Source: Takakia lepidozioides (taxonomy: Eukaryota; Plantae; Bryophyta). Taken from it: DNA of 64,000 nucleotides. The notes beneath the pieces were generated by a model. It worked only from the letters and a program-made list of their open reading frames with translations, was not told the DNA's origin and did not search any database. The stretch lies in assembly GCA_030704615.1 (NCBI GenBank), contig CM060734.1, forward strand, positions 4,278,001 to 4,342,000, written 5' to 3'. Position 1 is the stretch's first letter. Every line of letters begins with the position of its first letter. Positions 13,066 to 26,122 of this stretch are shown here, one piece after another. A program made the translations under genes and the position numbers.

Positions 13066-13635
13066 TGACCGCCCATTGACTGTCGTTATTTTTTTTTTAA
13101 TTTCAAAAATATTAAGCCACCGTCAACTTGTATTTTTAATGTCATATTGCTCATTTTCTATTTTAAAAAAAAATGAAGTGATCGCTATAATTGTAGTCGC
13201 ATCATATTTTTTTTTACCAAAAATAAAGCGACCGCCATTGACGGTCGCCAATTTTTTGAATTTCAAAAATATTAAGTAACCGGCAGCTCGTATTTTTAAT
13301 GTCATATTGCTCGTTTTCTATTTTTAAAAATATGAAATGACCGCCATATTTACGGTCGCATAATTATTTAAAAAAAAAATAATAAGCGACCGCCCATTGG
13401 TGGTCGCAGCTTTCTGTTATTCAAAAAAAATGAAGGGGGTGCCAATTGGCGGTCGCTTCTTTTTCTTTTTTGGAAAAAAACGCGACCGCCACATTGGTGG
13501 TCGCTTGTTTTTTATTTTTAAAAATATAAAACGACCGCCATATTTGCGGCGTCGTCATATTATTAATAATAGAAAATAAAGCGACGCCACTTGGTGGTCA
13601 CTGCTTTTTGTTAGTTTAAGAAATGAAGCGACCGC
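13066..13635. repeat. Array of GCGACCGCC-N3-6-GGYGGTCGC hairpin motifs separated by A/T-rich spacers (mirror copy ~17865-18440)
   Basis: Examples: gcgaccgccattgacggtcgc, gcgaccgcccattggtggtcgc, gcgaccgccacattggtggtcgc. Confidence 0.8.
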
Positions 13636-13789
13636 TTCTTTTTGTTATTTTATTTTCAATGGAATTCTCGGGTTTTTTTTTTTTTCTTTGGCACAATACT
13701 TAAGTTCTTGGACTAGACACTACGTGAACATTCATAGTGTGGGCTCCGTCGTGCACATACTATACAATAATTTTATATTCCAGAAAGAA

Positions 13790-15272
13790 CCAATTTTATT
13801 TTCTTCCATGAACTTATTGACTATTAGATATCCAATCATTGTTCGAGGAAAGCCCACTTCATGTGTGAAGAGTTGAAAAAAATACTTTGAAAACAAACAA
13901 ATAAACTATATTGCTTCATATATTGAAAGAACCAATTTTTCTTCATGAATTTATTGAGTATTAGATATCCAATCATTGTCCGAGGAAAATCCACTTCATG
14001 TGTGAAGAGTTGAAAAAAACACTTGAAAACAAACGAATAAACTACTTTGATTCATATATTGAAAAAAAATAAAAAAAATTCCATGAATTTATTTAGTAAT
14101 ATATCCATTCATTGTTCTACGAAAGCTATTTAGATATCCAATCATTGTCCGAGGAAAATCCACTTCATGTGTGAAGAGTTGGAAAAAACACTTGAAAACA
14201 AACGAATCAACTACTTGCTTCATATATTGGAAAAACCCATTTGTTTTTTTCCATGAATTTATTTAGTAATTTATCCATTCATTATTCTAGGAAAGCTATT
14301 TAGATATCCAATCATTGTCTGAGGAAAATCCACTTCATGTGTGAAGAGTTGGAAAAAACACTTGAAAACAAACGAATAAACTACTTGCTTCATATATTGG
14401 AAAAACCAATTTGTTTTTTTCCACCATGAATTTATTTAGTAATTTATCCATTCATTATTCTAGGAAAGCTATTTAGATATCCAATCATTGTCCGAGGAAA
14501 ATCCACTTCAAGTGTGAAGAGTTGGAAAAAACACTTGAAAACAAATGAATAAACTACTTGCTTCATATATTCGAAAAACCAATTTATTTTTTTCCATGAA
14601 CTTATTGAGTGTTAGATATCCAATCTTTGTCCGAGGAAAATCCACTTCATGTGTGAAGAGTTGAGAAAAACACTTGAAAACAAACGAATAAACTACTTGA
14701 TCCATATATTGAAAAAAACAATTTATTTTTTTCCATGAATTTATTTAGTAATATATCCATTCATTGTTCTAGGAAAACTATTTAGATATCCAATCATTGT
14801 CCGAGGAAAATCCACTTCATGTGTGAAGAGTTGGGAAAAACACTTGAAAACAAACGAATAAACTGCTTGCTTCATATATTGGAAAAACCAATTTATTTTT
14901 TTCCATGAATTTATTTAGTAATATATCCATTCATTGTTCTAGGATAGCTATTTAGATATCCAGTCATTGTCGGAGGAAAATCCACTTCATGTGTGAAGAA
15001 TTGAAAAAAACACTTGAAAATAAACGAATAAACTACTTACTTTATATACTGGAAAAACCAATTTATTTTTTTCCATGATTTTATTTAGTAATATATCCAT
15101 TCATTGTTCCAGGAAAGCTATTTTCCAAGAATTTGCAGGGACCAAAAGTACTTGAAATTCCATATCTCCCACCCCACAAGTCCAAAAATCATGAGAAGAA
15201 GCCGGTGCACCCCTACTATACAGATATCCAATCATTGTCCTCGGAAAGCCGACTTCATGTATAAAGAGTTGA
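13790..15272. repeat. AT-rich satellite with ~137- and ~170-bp unit variants (9 anchor motifs)
   Basis: agatatccaatcattgtccgaggaaaatccacttcatgtgtgaagagtt recurs at ~13826, 13963, 14132, 14302, 14475, 14614, 14785, 14955 and 15222. Confidence 0.95.
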
Positions 15273-15911
15273 TGCGATGTTGCTTTCTGTGGGCGCTTCT
15301 ATCATCTAAATGCTTGGCCAGAAAGCTGACTCCAGCGTCTGAACAAACAACACTAGCAGAGCGCATTAATCAAGGTGTAGACACGTTGTGTTGCCGGTTG
15401 CATACATGCAAGAAATGTGGAAAGACAGAGAACAAATAAATTGAGAATATGTAGCTTGTCAAGTTATTTTACCACTAGTGTGAAGTTAGCTAGGAAATAG
15501 CTAGCTTTTATATATTGACATTTGGGATTGATCCAAGTGTCAATCCAGGGGCCAATATATGTTTGGGCACTTGGCGTTGTTATCTTCACGGCAGATCGCG
15601 GTGGGCTCATCTTTCTCGAGTTGAGCCTCACCGCGTCTAGCTATGGCGCCGTAGTGTGGATTCCCCATGGCGTGGGGTGCACTTGGCTCGACTTAATATA
15701 TGAGTGATGTTTTCATGTGCAAGTATGTGAGTTTGAGAGAATTTGTGTGCTTGTATCTTCCTTTCTTTATCATTCGAGAAAGATCAGCTCGAGTCTGTGA
15801 GTGCCAGGTTAAATAACCTGAGGAAAAAAATTGACCTTCACAATGGATCACAATTACAACACAATGCACATACCAAATACATTGCTCATACACATTGCAC
15901 ATTGCTAAAAT

Positions 15912-16397
15912 ACACCATACTATATATGTATTTTTGCACATTGCACATTGCACATGAGGATAAAGTAGATGCCATAAATGCCAAAATGCCCTTGAATTCC
16001 CTTGCCCTAACTCCACACATACACCTAATGTGCCTTTGGAGGCTCACATAACAGCAATACTGGTATCAATACCAATCTTGTCCATTGATATACCAGACAT
16101 GTATGGTATATACCATAGTGTAGAGCAACGTATATATTGCCCCTAGTATGGTATTGCCCGGGTATTGGCCACCCTACCTACCATCCGAGTATGGTATAAA
16201 CTACCAGGTTGATATCAGTATTGATACCCGGGTTGGACCTATATACCGGTCCAACACTTGTTCACACATGGTCGCTGGAAATTTGTGGAAAATAGCAAAG
16301 TGGGCCTTCTTGGAACAATGAATGGATATATTACTAAATAAATTCATGAAAAAAATTAATTGAATTTTTCAATAGTTTTTTTCTTTGTTTTCAAGAG
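15912..16397 (+). repeat. Segment D; a direct copy is at 25639-26123
   Basis: Near-identical sequence from acaccatactatatatg to ttgttttcaagag. Confidence 0.95.
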
Positions 16398-16403
16398 TTT
16401 TTT

Positions 16404-18857
16404 TCAACTCTTTATACATGAAGTCGGCTTTCCGAGGACAATGATTGGATATCTGTATAGTAGGGGTGCACCGGCTTCTTCTCATGATTTTTGGACCTGT
16501 GGGGTGGGAGATATGGAATTTCAAGTACTTTTGGTCCTTGCAAATTCTTGGAAAATAGCTTTCCTGGAACAATGAACGGATATATTACTAAATAAAATAA
16601 TGGAAAAAAATAAATTGGTTTTTCCAGTATATAAAGCAAGTAGTTTATTCATTTATTTTCAAGTGTTTTTTTCAATTCTTCACACATGAAGTGGATTTTC
16701 CTCGGACAATGATTGGATATCTAAATAGTTTTCCTAGAACAATGAATGGATATATTACTAAATAAATTCATGGAAAAAAATAAATTGTTTTTTTCAATAT
16801 ATGGATCAAGTAGTTTATTCGTTTGTTTTCAAGTGTTTTTCTCAACTCTTCACACATGAAGTGGATTTTCCTCGGACAATGATTGGATATCTAACACTCA
16901 ATAAGTTCATGGAAAAAAATAAATTGGTTTTTCGAATATATGAAGCAAGTAGTTTATTCGTTTGTTTTCAAGTGTTTTTTCCAACTCTTCACACTTGACA
17001 TGGATTTTCCTCGGACAATGATTGGATATCTAAATAGCTTTCCTAGAATAATGAATGGATAAATTACTAAATAAATTCATGGAAAAAAACAAATTGGTTT
17101 TTCCAATATACGAAGCAAGTAGTTGATTCGTTTGTTTTCAAGTGTTTTTTCCAACTCTTCACACATGAAGTGGATTTTCCTCAGACAATGATTGGATATC
17201 TAAATAGCTTTCCTAGAATAATGAATGGATAAATTACTAAATAAATTCATGGAAAAAAACAAATGGGTTTTTCCAATATATGAAGCAAGTAGTTGATTTG
17301 TTTGTTTTCAAGTGTTTTTTCCAACTCTTCACACATGAAGTGGATTTTCCTCGGACAATGATTGGATATCTAAATAGCTTTCGTAGAACAATGAATGGAT
17401 ATATTACTAAATAAATTCATGGAAAAAAATAAATTATTTTTTCATTATATGAATCAAGTAGTTTATTCGTTTGTTTTCAAGTGTTTTTTTTCAACTCTTC
17501 ACACATGAAGTGGATTTTCCTCGGACAATGATTGGATATCTAATACTCAATAAATTCATGAAGAAAAAATGGTTCTTTCAAATATATGAAGCAATATAGT
17601 TTATTTGTTTGTTTTCAAGTATTTTTTTCAACTCTTCACACATGAAGTGGGCTTTCCTCGAACAATGATTGGATATCTAATAGTCAATAAGTTCATGGAA
17701 GAAAATAAATTGGTTCTTTCTGGAATATAAAATTATTGTATAGTATGTGCACGACGGAGCCCACACTATGAATGTTCACGTAGTGTCTAGTCCAAGAACT
17801 TAAGTATTGTGCCAAAAAAAAAAAAAAAACCCGAGAATTCCATAGAAAATAAAATAACAAAAAGAAGCGGTCGCTTCATTTCTTAAACTAACAAAAAGCA
17901 GCGACCACCAAGGGGACATCGCTTTATTTTCTATTATTAATAATATGACGACGCCGCAAATATGGCGGTCGTTTTATATTTTTAAAAATAAAAAACAAGG
18001 GACCGCCAATGTGGCGGTCGCGTTTTTTTCCAAAAAAGAAAAAGAAGCGACCGCCAATTGGCACCCCCTTCATTTTTTTTGAATAACAGAAAGCTGCGAC
18101 CACCAATGGGCGGTCGCTTATTTATTTATTTAAATAATTTCGCGACCATAAATATGGCGGTCATTTCATATTTTTTTAAATAGAAAACGAGCAATATGAC
18201 ATTAAAAATATGAGCTGCCGGTTGCTTAATATTTTTTAAATTCAAAAAATTGGCGACCATCAATGGGCGGTCGCTTTATTTTTGTTAAAAATATATATAT
18301 ATGATGCGACTACAATTATAGCGATTACTTCATTTTTTTTAAAATAGAAAACGAGCAATATGACATTAAAAATACAAGCTGACGGTCGCTTAATGTTTTT
18401 GAAATTAATAAAAAAATAGTGACCGTCAATGGGCGATCACTTTATTTTCTTATTATAAAAAGTATGAGAGCGACCGTCACGTCACGTCCGGAATGACAAC
18501 TTGGTAGAATCGTACAATGTTAATTGAATGGATCAAGACTTTTGATGGACAATAGGTGTCGGCTCGATGAGCTATTGTTGGTTGTTTCCGGAGAGGTTGT
18601 TTCCGAACAGATTATTACAAGGACTGCCCCCAACAATGAAATTAAACCCATTGTACTTCATAACAAGGTTGAATAAATCTCTCCGTCCCAGGGAGGCTAC
18701 GTCATGATAGCCAATAATTGTAGTCGGTACATTTGGACGTCACGTTTGGACGTTCAAATCCTCCACCAACAGCACGTGACGTCTAGATGTGACGCACGTC
18801 TCGATGTAACGTAGACGTGTCCGCGCCACGTCACATCCGGAAACAACAGATTCCCTA
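16404..18857 (-). repeat. Right arm of the inverted repeat (satellite with 8 anchors, hairpin array, DRM motif IV at 18596-18703)
   Basis: Reverse complement of 12680-15272 with one fewer satellite unit and small indels. Confidence 0.95.
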
Positions 18858-19584
18858 TGTCGCGCACCTCACTTCGGTAAACTCCCCCCCTCAAGTCATA
18901 GTTACTCGCTTGATGCGCGCGCCTAACTCCCAACCTGGCCGCCGGGCCAACTTGGAGCTTCGGCTGCTCACCGGGGCATAACGGTCCCCCTTTGATCTCC
19001 CAAAGAACCCTCCAACGATTTGGAACCAGCGGAATCCCCTTTGGTAGTTGGCAGTCCAGAACAGCTCCCCACTCTTGGGTCGCTTTCCGGCTCGCTTGCT
19101 TACTCACTAGTTTTTGGTCACCAACGGGCTTGAACCGTTCTCGGGGTTACTACTCCCTATATATACTTCTGTAGCTGTCCGCGGGGGTTTCACAAACAAC
19201 CATGCCATTTTATGGCGAACCACCACGAACACCCTCGACTCCCGGTGATGAGTCGCGGTGAGTCTTGGCCCACCCACCACGGCCCCAATGGACCGTGATG
19301 AGTCCCAAGACTCCCCATGACTCCCACCACGAGGTCTCCGCCCCAGGGTGAGTCATATGCCACCCCCACTAAGTCTCGCTAAGCTACCACCACCCCTTGT
19401 AGAGCCACCCCCACCGCAACCCGGTGTGCGGGGCTCCACCTAGTGAGCGCCTCCGCCTCCTTGAGTGCCTTGGGCACTTAAGGGTGCTTCAGCCCCCCAT
19501 ACCTATCGCTGCCACTGCCCCCCACCACAGGGGCAGCCCCTCTTGTGTCCCGACCCCCTGCCCTCAAGGCAAAGGGCCGCGACA
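18858..19584 (-). mobile_element. 3' LTR of the chromoviral Ty3/Gypsy element
   Basis: TG...CA ends; reverse complement of 26513-27238. On the minus strand it is preceded by purine-rich GGTAGGGGTG and followed by TSD TAGGG. Confidence 0.95.
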
Positions 19585-22500
19585 CACACCCCTACCAACA
19601 GGGAGTCGATGTCCTCATCGGCTTGTCCATTTTGTGGAAACGAACATCCAAGTTGTGGCGTCCCACATCAAGGAGTTTGTTTCCGTACCATGGCGTCCCA
19701 TGGCAAAGAACCAAACCCCACACTTGACTCTACTCTCCACTAGCTAGTTCGGCCGACTTCCTCCAAGTCCCAGCCAAGGGTGGAGCCTCTCAAGCTCCTC
19801 CCAGTGCACTCTTCTTGACCTACTTCAAGGCCAAGGAACGATCCTCCCCGAGGATCGAATCGCCTTACTGCAACAACATTGCTTGCGACCGCTCATGATG
19901 CCGCTTTTGGCATCACCTTGAGCAAGGGTTCACCTCGAACCCTCTTTGACTAGGAAGATAACCTTGAACCAACCACGCGCCCCAATCACTACAATTGAGT
20001 CCGTCTTGGAATGTTGGCCTGAGGTACGGGAACACGCCGAAGCCGCACTACGACTTCGTCCCGAGGCTACACGATTATAGTCTGTGAACGGAAGCATGTA
20101 GCTTCCGCGTTAGCCCGCACTACAAGGCAACCCCCTCAGTAGCGCAGTTATAGTACGCGCATGCGCCAGGTGCGCAATAGCACGTGAACTCCTAAAGAAG
20201 GCGCAAGTTTCCTTGCCCCTTGGATGGGAGTCACCCGATTTCAGCACTGCGCAAACACACGATTAACCCAATTTACCTCTCCCACTTTTGTAAGCTAGCA
20301 TGCATTCTACACACTAGCCAACCACACCATGCATCACCATTCCAAACAAAATAGGACGCACAACATTTGGAACCCATTTCCTTTATAACAAATTTTTGTA
20401 CAATACAAGTTTTTGCATTCGGATTCCTAAGCTAGCTAAGGCGGGCTAAGCATGCATTTCCTCCCCCACGCTCCAAGGTTGATGTCCCCATCAACGCTTC
20501 TTCCGCTTTTGAGGTCGCCCTTCGAAAACTGCAACCGCCTCGGATGCGTTTCCCATTTCTGAGGCACGCACCCAATATGCCTCCACATGATGATAGCCCT
20601 TCCATTTGACAAGATACTCCGTTTCTCGATTCTTGAACCTCCTCGACTTAAGTATTGCCTCCACCTTGTACTCAAGTTCATTTTCATGATCCAACAGCAC
20701 AAGTGGCGGACGCAACACTTGATGCCGATTCGGACGCGCTTCATCTTTGAAGTAAGGCTTCAAAAGGGAGACGTGGAATACTGGATGCACCTTGCTATTT
20801 GCCGGCAGCTCCAATTCATACACATCCTCATTCATCAGTTTCCGGATGCGAAAGGGTCCCGCATACGGAGGTACGAACTTTGGACTCACTTCCGGGGATA
20901 GTCGGAAATTCTTGATGTTTAACCACACCTCCGTGCCTGCCTCAAACTTCACTTCCCTCCGCTTCCGATTCGCCTGCCTTCATACCGTTCCTAGCTTTGG
21001 CAATGTTGTACTTTGCGAGCTTCAACAAACGCTTGCGTTCTTCCAGTACCGCCGCTACTGCCGGTTTCTCAACGTCCTGGGCAACCCAACTTGTCAGCAC
21101 CATAGGTGCTTTTCCATAGATCAATACGAAAGGGGAAACTCCCGTTGCGGAGTGTTCTGTGTTATTATAACAGAACTCTGTCGCGTCTAAGTGTTCCACC
21201 CAGTCTGTTTGGTCTGCCGACACGTAATTCCGCAAGATCTGCTTCACTACGGAATTCACTCTTTCCGTTTGGCCGTCGGTCGTAGGTCGGAAGGCGGTGC
21301 TCATCTTCAGCCTCGTCCCCATCTTCTTCCAAAGTGCCCTCCAAAATTTACTCGTAAACTTTGGATCGCGGTCCGAGACAATATCCTTCGGGACTCCATG
21401 ATGCTTTAAGACGTGGGCGAAGTAAAGTCGTCATGTTTCCTGCGCCGTTGTCGTCTCCTTGGTGGGGATGAAATGGCCCATTTTACTGAATCTATCCACC
21501 ACCACCATGATTGCATCGAATCCTTTTGACAGCGGCATAGCAGTCATGAAATCCATCGAGACGCTTTCCCAAGTCCCCTCTGGAATCGGCAAGGGTTGTA
21601 CAGCCCCGCTTGCTTTTTGTACTCGCTCCGGTTTTGTTGGCATGTGGTGCATGTCTTGACATACTCCTCTGCCTCCTCCCTTAGTTTGGGCCAGAAATAC
21701 TCTTTCTTCAAGAGTGCCGCAGTGCGCTTGGCTCCGCCGTGGCCCGCAAGCGGGCTATCATGGCATTCTCTCAAGAGGCTATCTCTGATCCCTCCCTTCG
21801 GCACGTAGAGACGTTTTTGCTTATACCGGAGCAGTCCATTTTGCAAGTGGAACTGCGATTTAACCCCCATCCTCAAGTCCTGCATCACGGACTTCGCCAG
21901 CTCATCCTTCCGGCAAGCCTTCCGGATCTTCTTTTGGAGCGTCGTCTCGCCCCTGTACACCAACATGAGCTGCTGCTTTCTACTTAGAGCATTGGCCACC
22001 ACGTTGTCCCGTCCCGGTTTGTACTGGATATCCACGTCGAACACCGCCAAAGTATCTTGCCACCTAAGTTGTTTTGGGACAACTTGGGCTGCGTGGCAAA
22101 ATACTTCACCGTGACATTGTCCGTGAACACCTTCACTGGGTTGGAACCAACATAGTGGCGCCAAAGCTCAAGACAGTGCACCACCGCCTTCATCTCTTTC
22201 TCGTGCGTCGGCCACCGTCGCTCCACTTCATTCAGTTTCTTACTTTCGTAAGCCACTGGACGTCCATCTTGCATCAGTACACCCCCAATCGTGAAGTCCA
22301 ACGCGTCTGTATGAATCTCGAACGGACCATCGAACTCCGGGATTTTCAAGACTGGAGCTTCCGCCATCCGCTGCTTCAATTCAGCAAAAGCTTGGCCACA
22401 AAATGTGTTCCATGCCCAGACTTTGGATTTACACAGAAGGTCTGACAGCGGCCCCGCGATCTTGGCGAAATTTTTCACATACTTTCGGTAATAAGAGGCG

Positions 22501-23160
22501 AGTCCTAGGAAGGATCGCACTCCCGGGACCGAAGTCGGAGGCTCCCAGTCCAAGATTGCCCTCACCTTCCTGTCATCCATTCTGATCCCATCCTGTGTAA
22601 TCACATGCCCCAGGAACTCCACTTTTGTGACCCCGAATTCGCACTTTGAAGCTTTGGCATACAGCTTCTCTTCCCGCAATTTTTGGAACACCCTTTTGAG
22701 GTGCTCTAGGTGCTCCTCCTTTGTTTTCGAATACACCAAGATGTCGTCGATATACACGATCACAAAATCATCCAACCACTCCTGGAAAAGGCTGTTCATC
22801 AACGTGCTAAAGGTCGCGGGAGCGTTGGTGAGTCCAAAAGGCATCACCAAGAATTCATATGAACCATACCTTGTCCTGCACGCGGTCTTCTCCTCATCTC
22901 TTTCCGCCACTCGAATTTGATGATAGCCGGAGAGCAGATCGATCCGGTTGAAATACTTCGTTCCTGCCAACCGATCGAAAAGGTCGTCGATCCTTGGCAA
23001 AGGGTACCGGTTTTTTATAGTCACCTTATTCAAAGCCCTGTAATCGACACACATCCGCAGCGTCCCATCCTTCTTGTCTACGAATAGCACCGAGGCTCCG
23101 TAAGGTGACTTACTCGGCCGGATGTACCCCTTTGACATTAGATCTTTGAGCTGAGTCTTC
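19585..23160 (-). mobile_element. 3' half of the Ty3/Gypsy chromovirus: RT, RNase H, integrase and chromodomain (frameshifted)
   Basis: [45 protein letters not shown], integrase [21 protein letters not shown], and chromodomain EYKVEAIL..YLVKWKGY..W. Confidence 0.95.
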
Positions 23161-24332
23161 TGTTCATTGCTTCTCCTTGTGGTGGCAGTTTCAATCACTC
23201 CTGCAATAGGCAAATCGTCTTCAGCAGCTCCCATCTTCAGTGCCTCATCCTTTGCCAGGACTTGGATTGTGCTCCATGCCTTCGCCAATGCCTTCTTCCT
23301 CAGCCTACTGTCTTGCCTCCCCTTTCTGAGTTTTCCTGGACTCCAATCTTGGGTTTTAATCTCATTTGCCACTCCTTTCTCCTTGTGGTTAATGTCTTGC
23401 TTTATTTTGCTGCTGCCTCCCTTTCTGTCTCCACTTTCCTTGTCATCAGAACTGCCCTTGTACTTCTGAGTTGCAGTCCTCCATAGGTGTTTGCAGCATA
23501 TTACTTCTACTTGTATTGTCCATGCCATCCAGTACAACACTCTACACCTATATCCCGGCTTCAGCTCGAGTTCAGGAGAATAGAGTTCAGGAGTGTGCAG
23601 CACTGACACCATATGTTTGACATTCTTACTGTCCGCCACAAATTCTTGAGGTCATATGGTCTCTGTTTTTGGGGACAATAGAATGACCACTCAGCACAAG
23701 AAATGAATGATGGATTTGAGATTGCATCAACAGATTCAGCCCAATGATTACAGTCTCCATAGTCCTCAAAAAGCATTTCTGGTGCAGGTAGGACACGTTT
23801 GGAGATAGTTGCATTTTTTGTTTGCAGAGCTATCACAATAGCATAGAAACTAAAAGGTCCCATCTACCTCTTGGTGGTTCTATGGAGGTCCTCAGGGTAG
23901 ATTTGGACGAAAGGATAAAATGTTGATTTCATGCAGCTGGCTTATGCTCCTGTCTATAGTCACAAAATGCTTCCATCTGTATAGCCAGGTTATTTGTAGC
24001 TGCAGGAAAGTAATATATATTCATCTCAAACGGTGGCATCTTGGATTAGAATGTACTCACAAGATAATGTTTGCCGTTGCCTTGTGGCCATAGACCCCAC
24101 GTTTAGTTCGGGCAGAACAAGAGGGAACATACACTACCTCTGTGAGGGGCTCCTCTAGAAAGCCCTTCACACAAGCATCAATCTGATGTGTGGGAGCTGC
24201 CCAAATATTAGACCCCTCAAGCTCAAGATTTTGAAAGTATGTGACTCCAACTTTTTTGTGGCCATATATATCCATATGATTGATTGCTACATGAACTTGT
24301 AGCTCATGCTCCTCATGTTGTACGGCTAAGCA

Positions 24333-24336
<4 letters not shown>

Positions 24337-24376
<40 letters not shown>
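24337..24376. repeat. (CT)n microsatellite, about 20 units
   Basis: Uninterrupted ctctct run. Confidence 0.95.
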
Positions 24377-24379
<3 letters not shown>

Positions 24380-24566
24380 TCTCTCTCGCGCACTCGCTCG
24401 TAATATGAGGGCAGAGAGAATGTAGACCTTTTATCTTTTTGGTATTCAAGTCCAACTACATTGTAGAGGGAGAGCCTTATGAGAATGGGTCTAGTATGCA
24501 CTCCCTTACGGGATGAGTGCATACCACACTCACTCCATAAGGGACTGCCATGCCAGGGGTTGGATG

Positions 24567-25640
24567 GTGGGCACCTCTTCTCCCTCTCTTCCTCTCTCCA
24601 ATTATCTGTTTGGGATTAACAAAAAATTTCCTAAGCCTACTTGGTTTGGAAATACCTTCTTTCTAATCCCTAATGGAATATGTTTTGAATTTCATCCATA
24701 CCGGATGAAAAATATGCTAGGTATAATCCCTAACTGGATGAATTATTGTCTTGAGCTTTACCACTAAGGATGTAGCGTGCAATTTTTCATCCATGATGGA
24801 TTACATCCATCCTGGATGTTACCCTAACGGATGTAACTCTAATGAAGTGCAAAATTTCATCCCAGTGGATGAAATCACGGGATGGTCTGCTAACCGCCTC
24901 TCTGCCCTAAGCACGACATGATACTCGTGCTTGTTTTCTCTGGAGGATGGCGATGGTTAGCTGAGTGCTCGAGCATCACGATCCGCGTGCATTTTGTTTT
25001 TTCTTGCGCGATGGCGGCAGGCCTTCCATTTCCCGCACTGGAAATGACCTACTGCGGGTTTGCCTGCAATCTTCTTTATTCATGAAGCAGAAGCGCTCAT
25101 AAGGTGATGGGGGAAGTATCATGCACTTTGTCCTCAAGTATCCCAATTTTTTGCATTCTGCTGTGATCTCTTGAGATTCAGGTGTTGAATGCCGCAACGT
25201 CCCACTCCACAAACGATTAAAGTTCTTTGTGGTGTCGCATCTATGTTTTACTTTTGATCAATTTATGCATGTTGGACATGGATAGCAACTGTGAAGACCT
25301 GCTACTCACCTCGTGCATCCTCACTAACACACATCTTGATGTGGTGGTTTTTGGGACGGGCACAGGTGAGGGTCTTCACTTGATGTGTATTTTTTCAGTT
25401 TGCAGATGATCAAAGGACTTGGTGATGGTGACGATTGACGCTACATACTGCTTCAGTGGGGCATCCAGTTAGGGATTATACCTGGCATATTTTTCATCCG
25501 ATATGGATGAAATTCAAAACATATTCCATTAGGGATTAGAAAGAAGGTATTTCCAAACCAGGGTAGGCTTAGGAAAAAATTTGTTAATCTCAAACAGATA
25601 ATTGGAGAGAGGGAGAGAGAGGGAGAGAGGGGGCGCCCAC
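24567..25640. mobile_element. Non-autonomous TIR element (~1.07 kb; ~175-bp TIRs at 24567-24740 and 25462-25640) with internal cargo
   Basis: The left TIR gtgggcacctc...ccctaactggatg matches the reverse complement of catccagttaggg...gggcgcccac. No TSD was found. Confidence 0.85.
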
Positions 25641-26122
25641 ACTATACTATATATGTATTTTTGCACATTGCACATTGCACATGAGGATAAAGTAGATGCC
25701 ATAAATACAAAATGCCCTTGAATTCCCTTGCCCTAACTCCACACATACACCTAATGTGCCTTTGGAGGCTCACATAGCAGCAATACTGGTATCAATACCA
25801 ATCTTGTCTATTGATATACCAGACATGTATGGTATATACCATAGTGTAGAGCAACGTATATATTGCCCCTAGTATGGTATTGCCCGGGTATTGGCCACCC
25901 TACCTACCACCCGAGTATGGTATAAACTACCGGGTTGATATCAGTATTGATACCCGGGTTGGACCTATATACCGGTCCAACACTGGTTCACACATGGTCG
26001 CTGGAAATTTGTGGAAAATAGCAAAGTGGGCCTTCTTGGAACAATGAATGGATATATTACTAAATAAATTCATGAAAAAAATCAATTGAATTTTTCAATA
26101 GTTTTTTTCTTTGTTTTCAAGA

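Larger units (their letters stand above)
12680..15272 (+). repeat. Left arm of a ~2.5-kb inverted repeat (right arm 16404-18857)
   Basis: Collinear reverse-complement match from tagggaatctg to tataaagagttga. Mirrored ORFs: 13397-13579(+) and 17924-18106(-). Confidence 0.95.

Noticed and set aside
13066-15272. CRISPR-like appearance of the hairpin array and satellite
   Set aside because: Repeats are degenerate, spacers are low-complexity or themselves repeated, there are no cas genes, and the context is eukaryotic.
21984-23639. 551-aa ORF as a novel RT fusion protein
   Set aside because: The N-terminal part is joined to RT only by the inversion breakpoint at 23160/23161. It is a chance in-frame chimera with no evidence of function.
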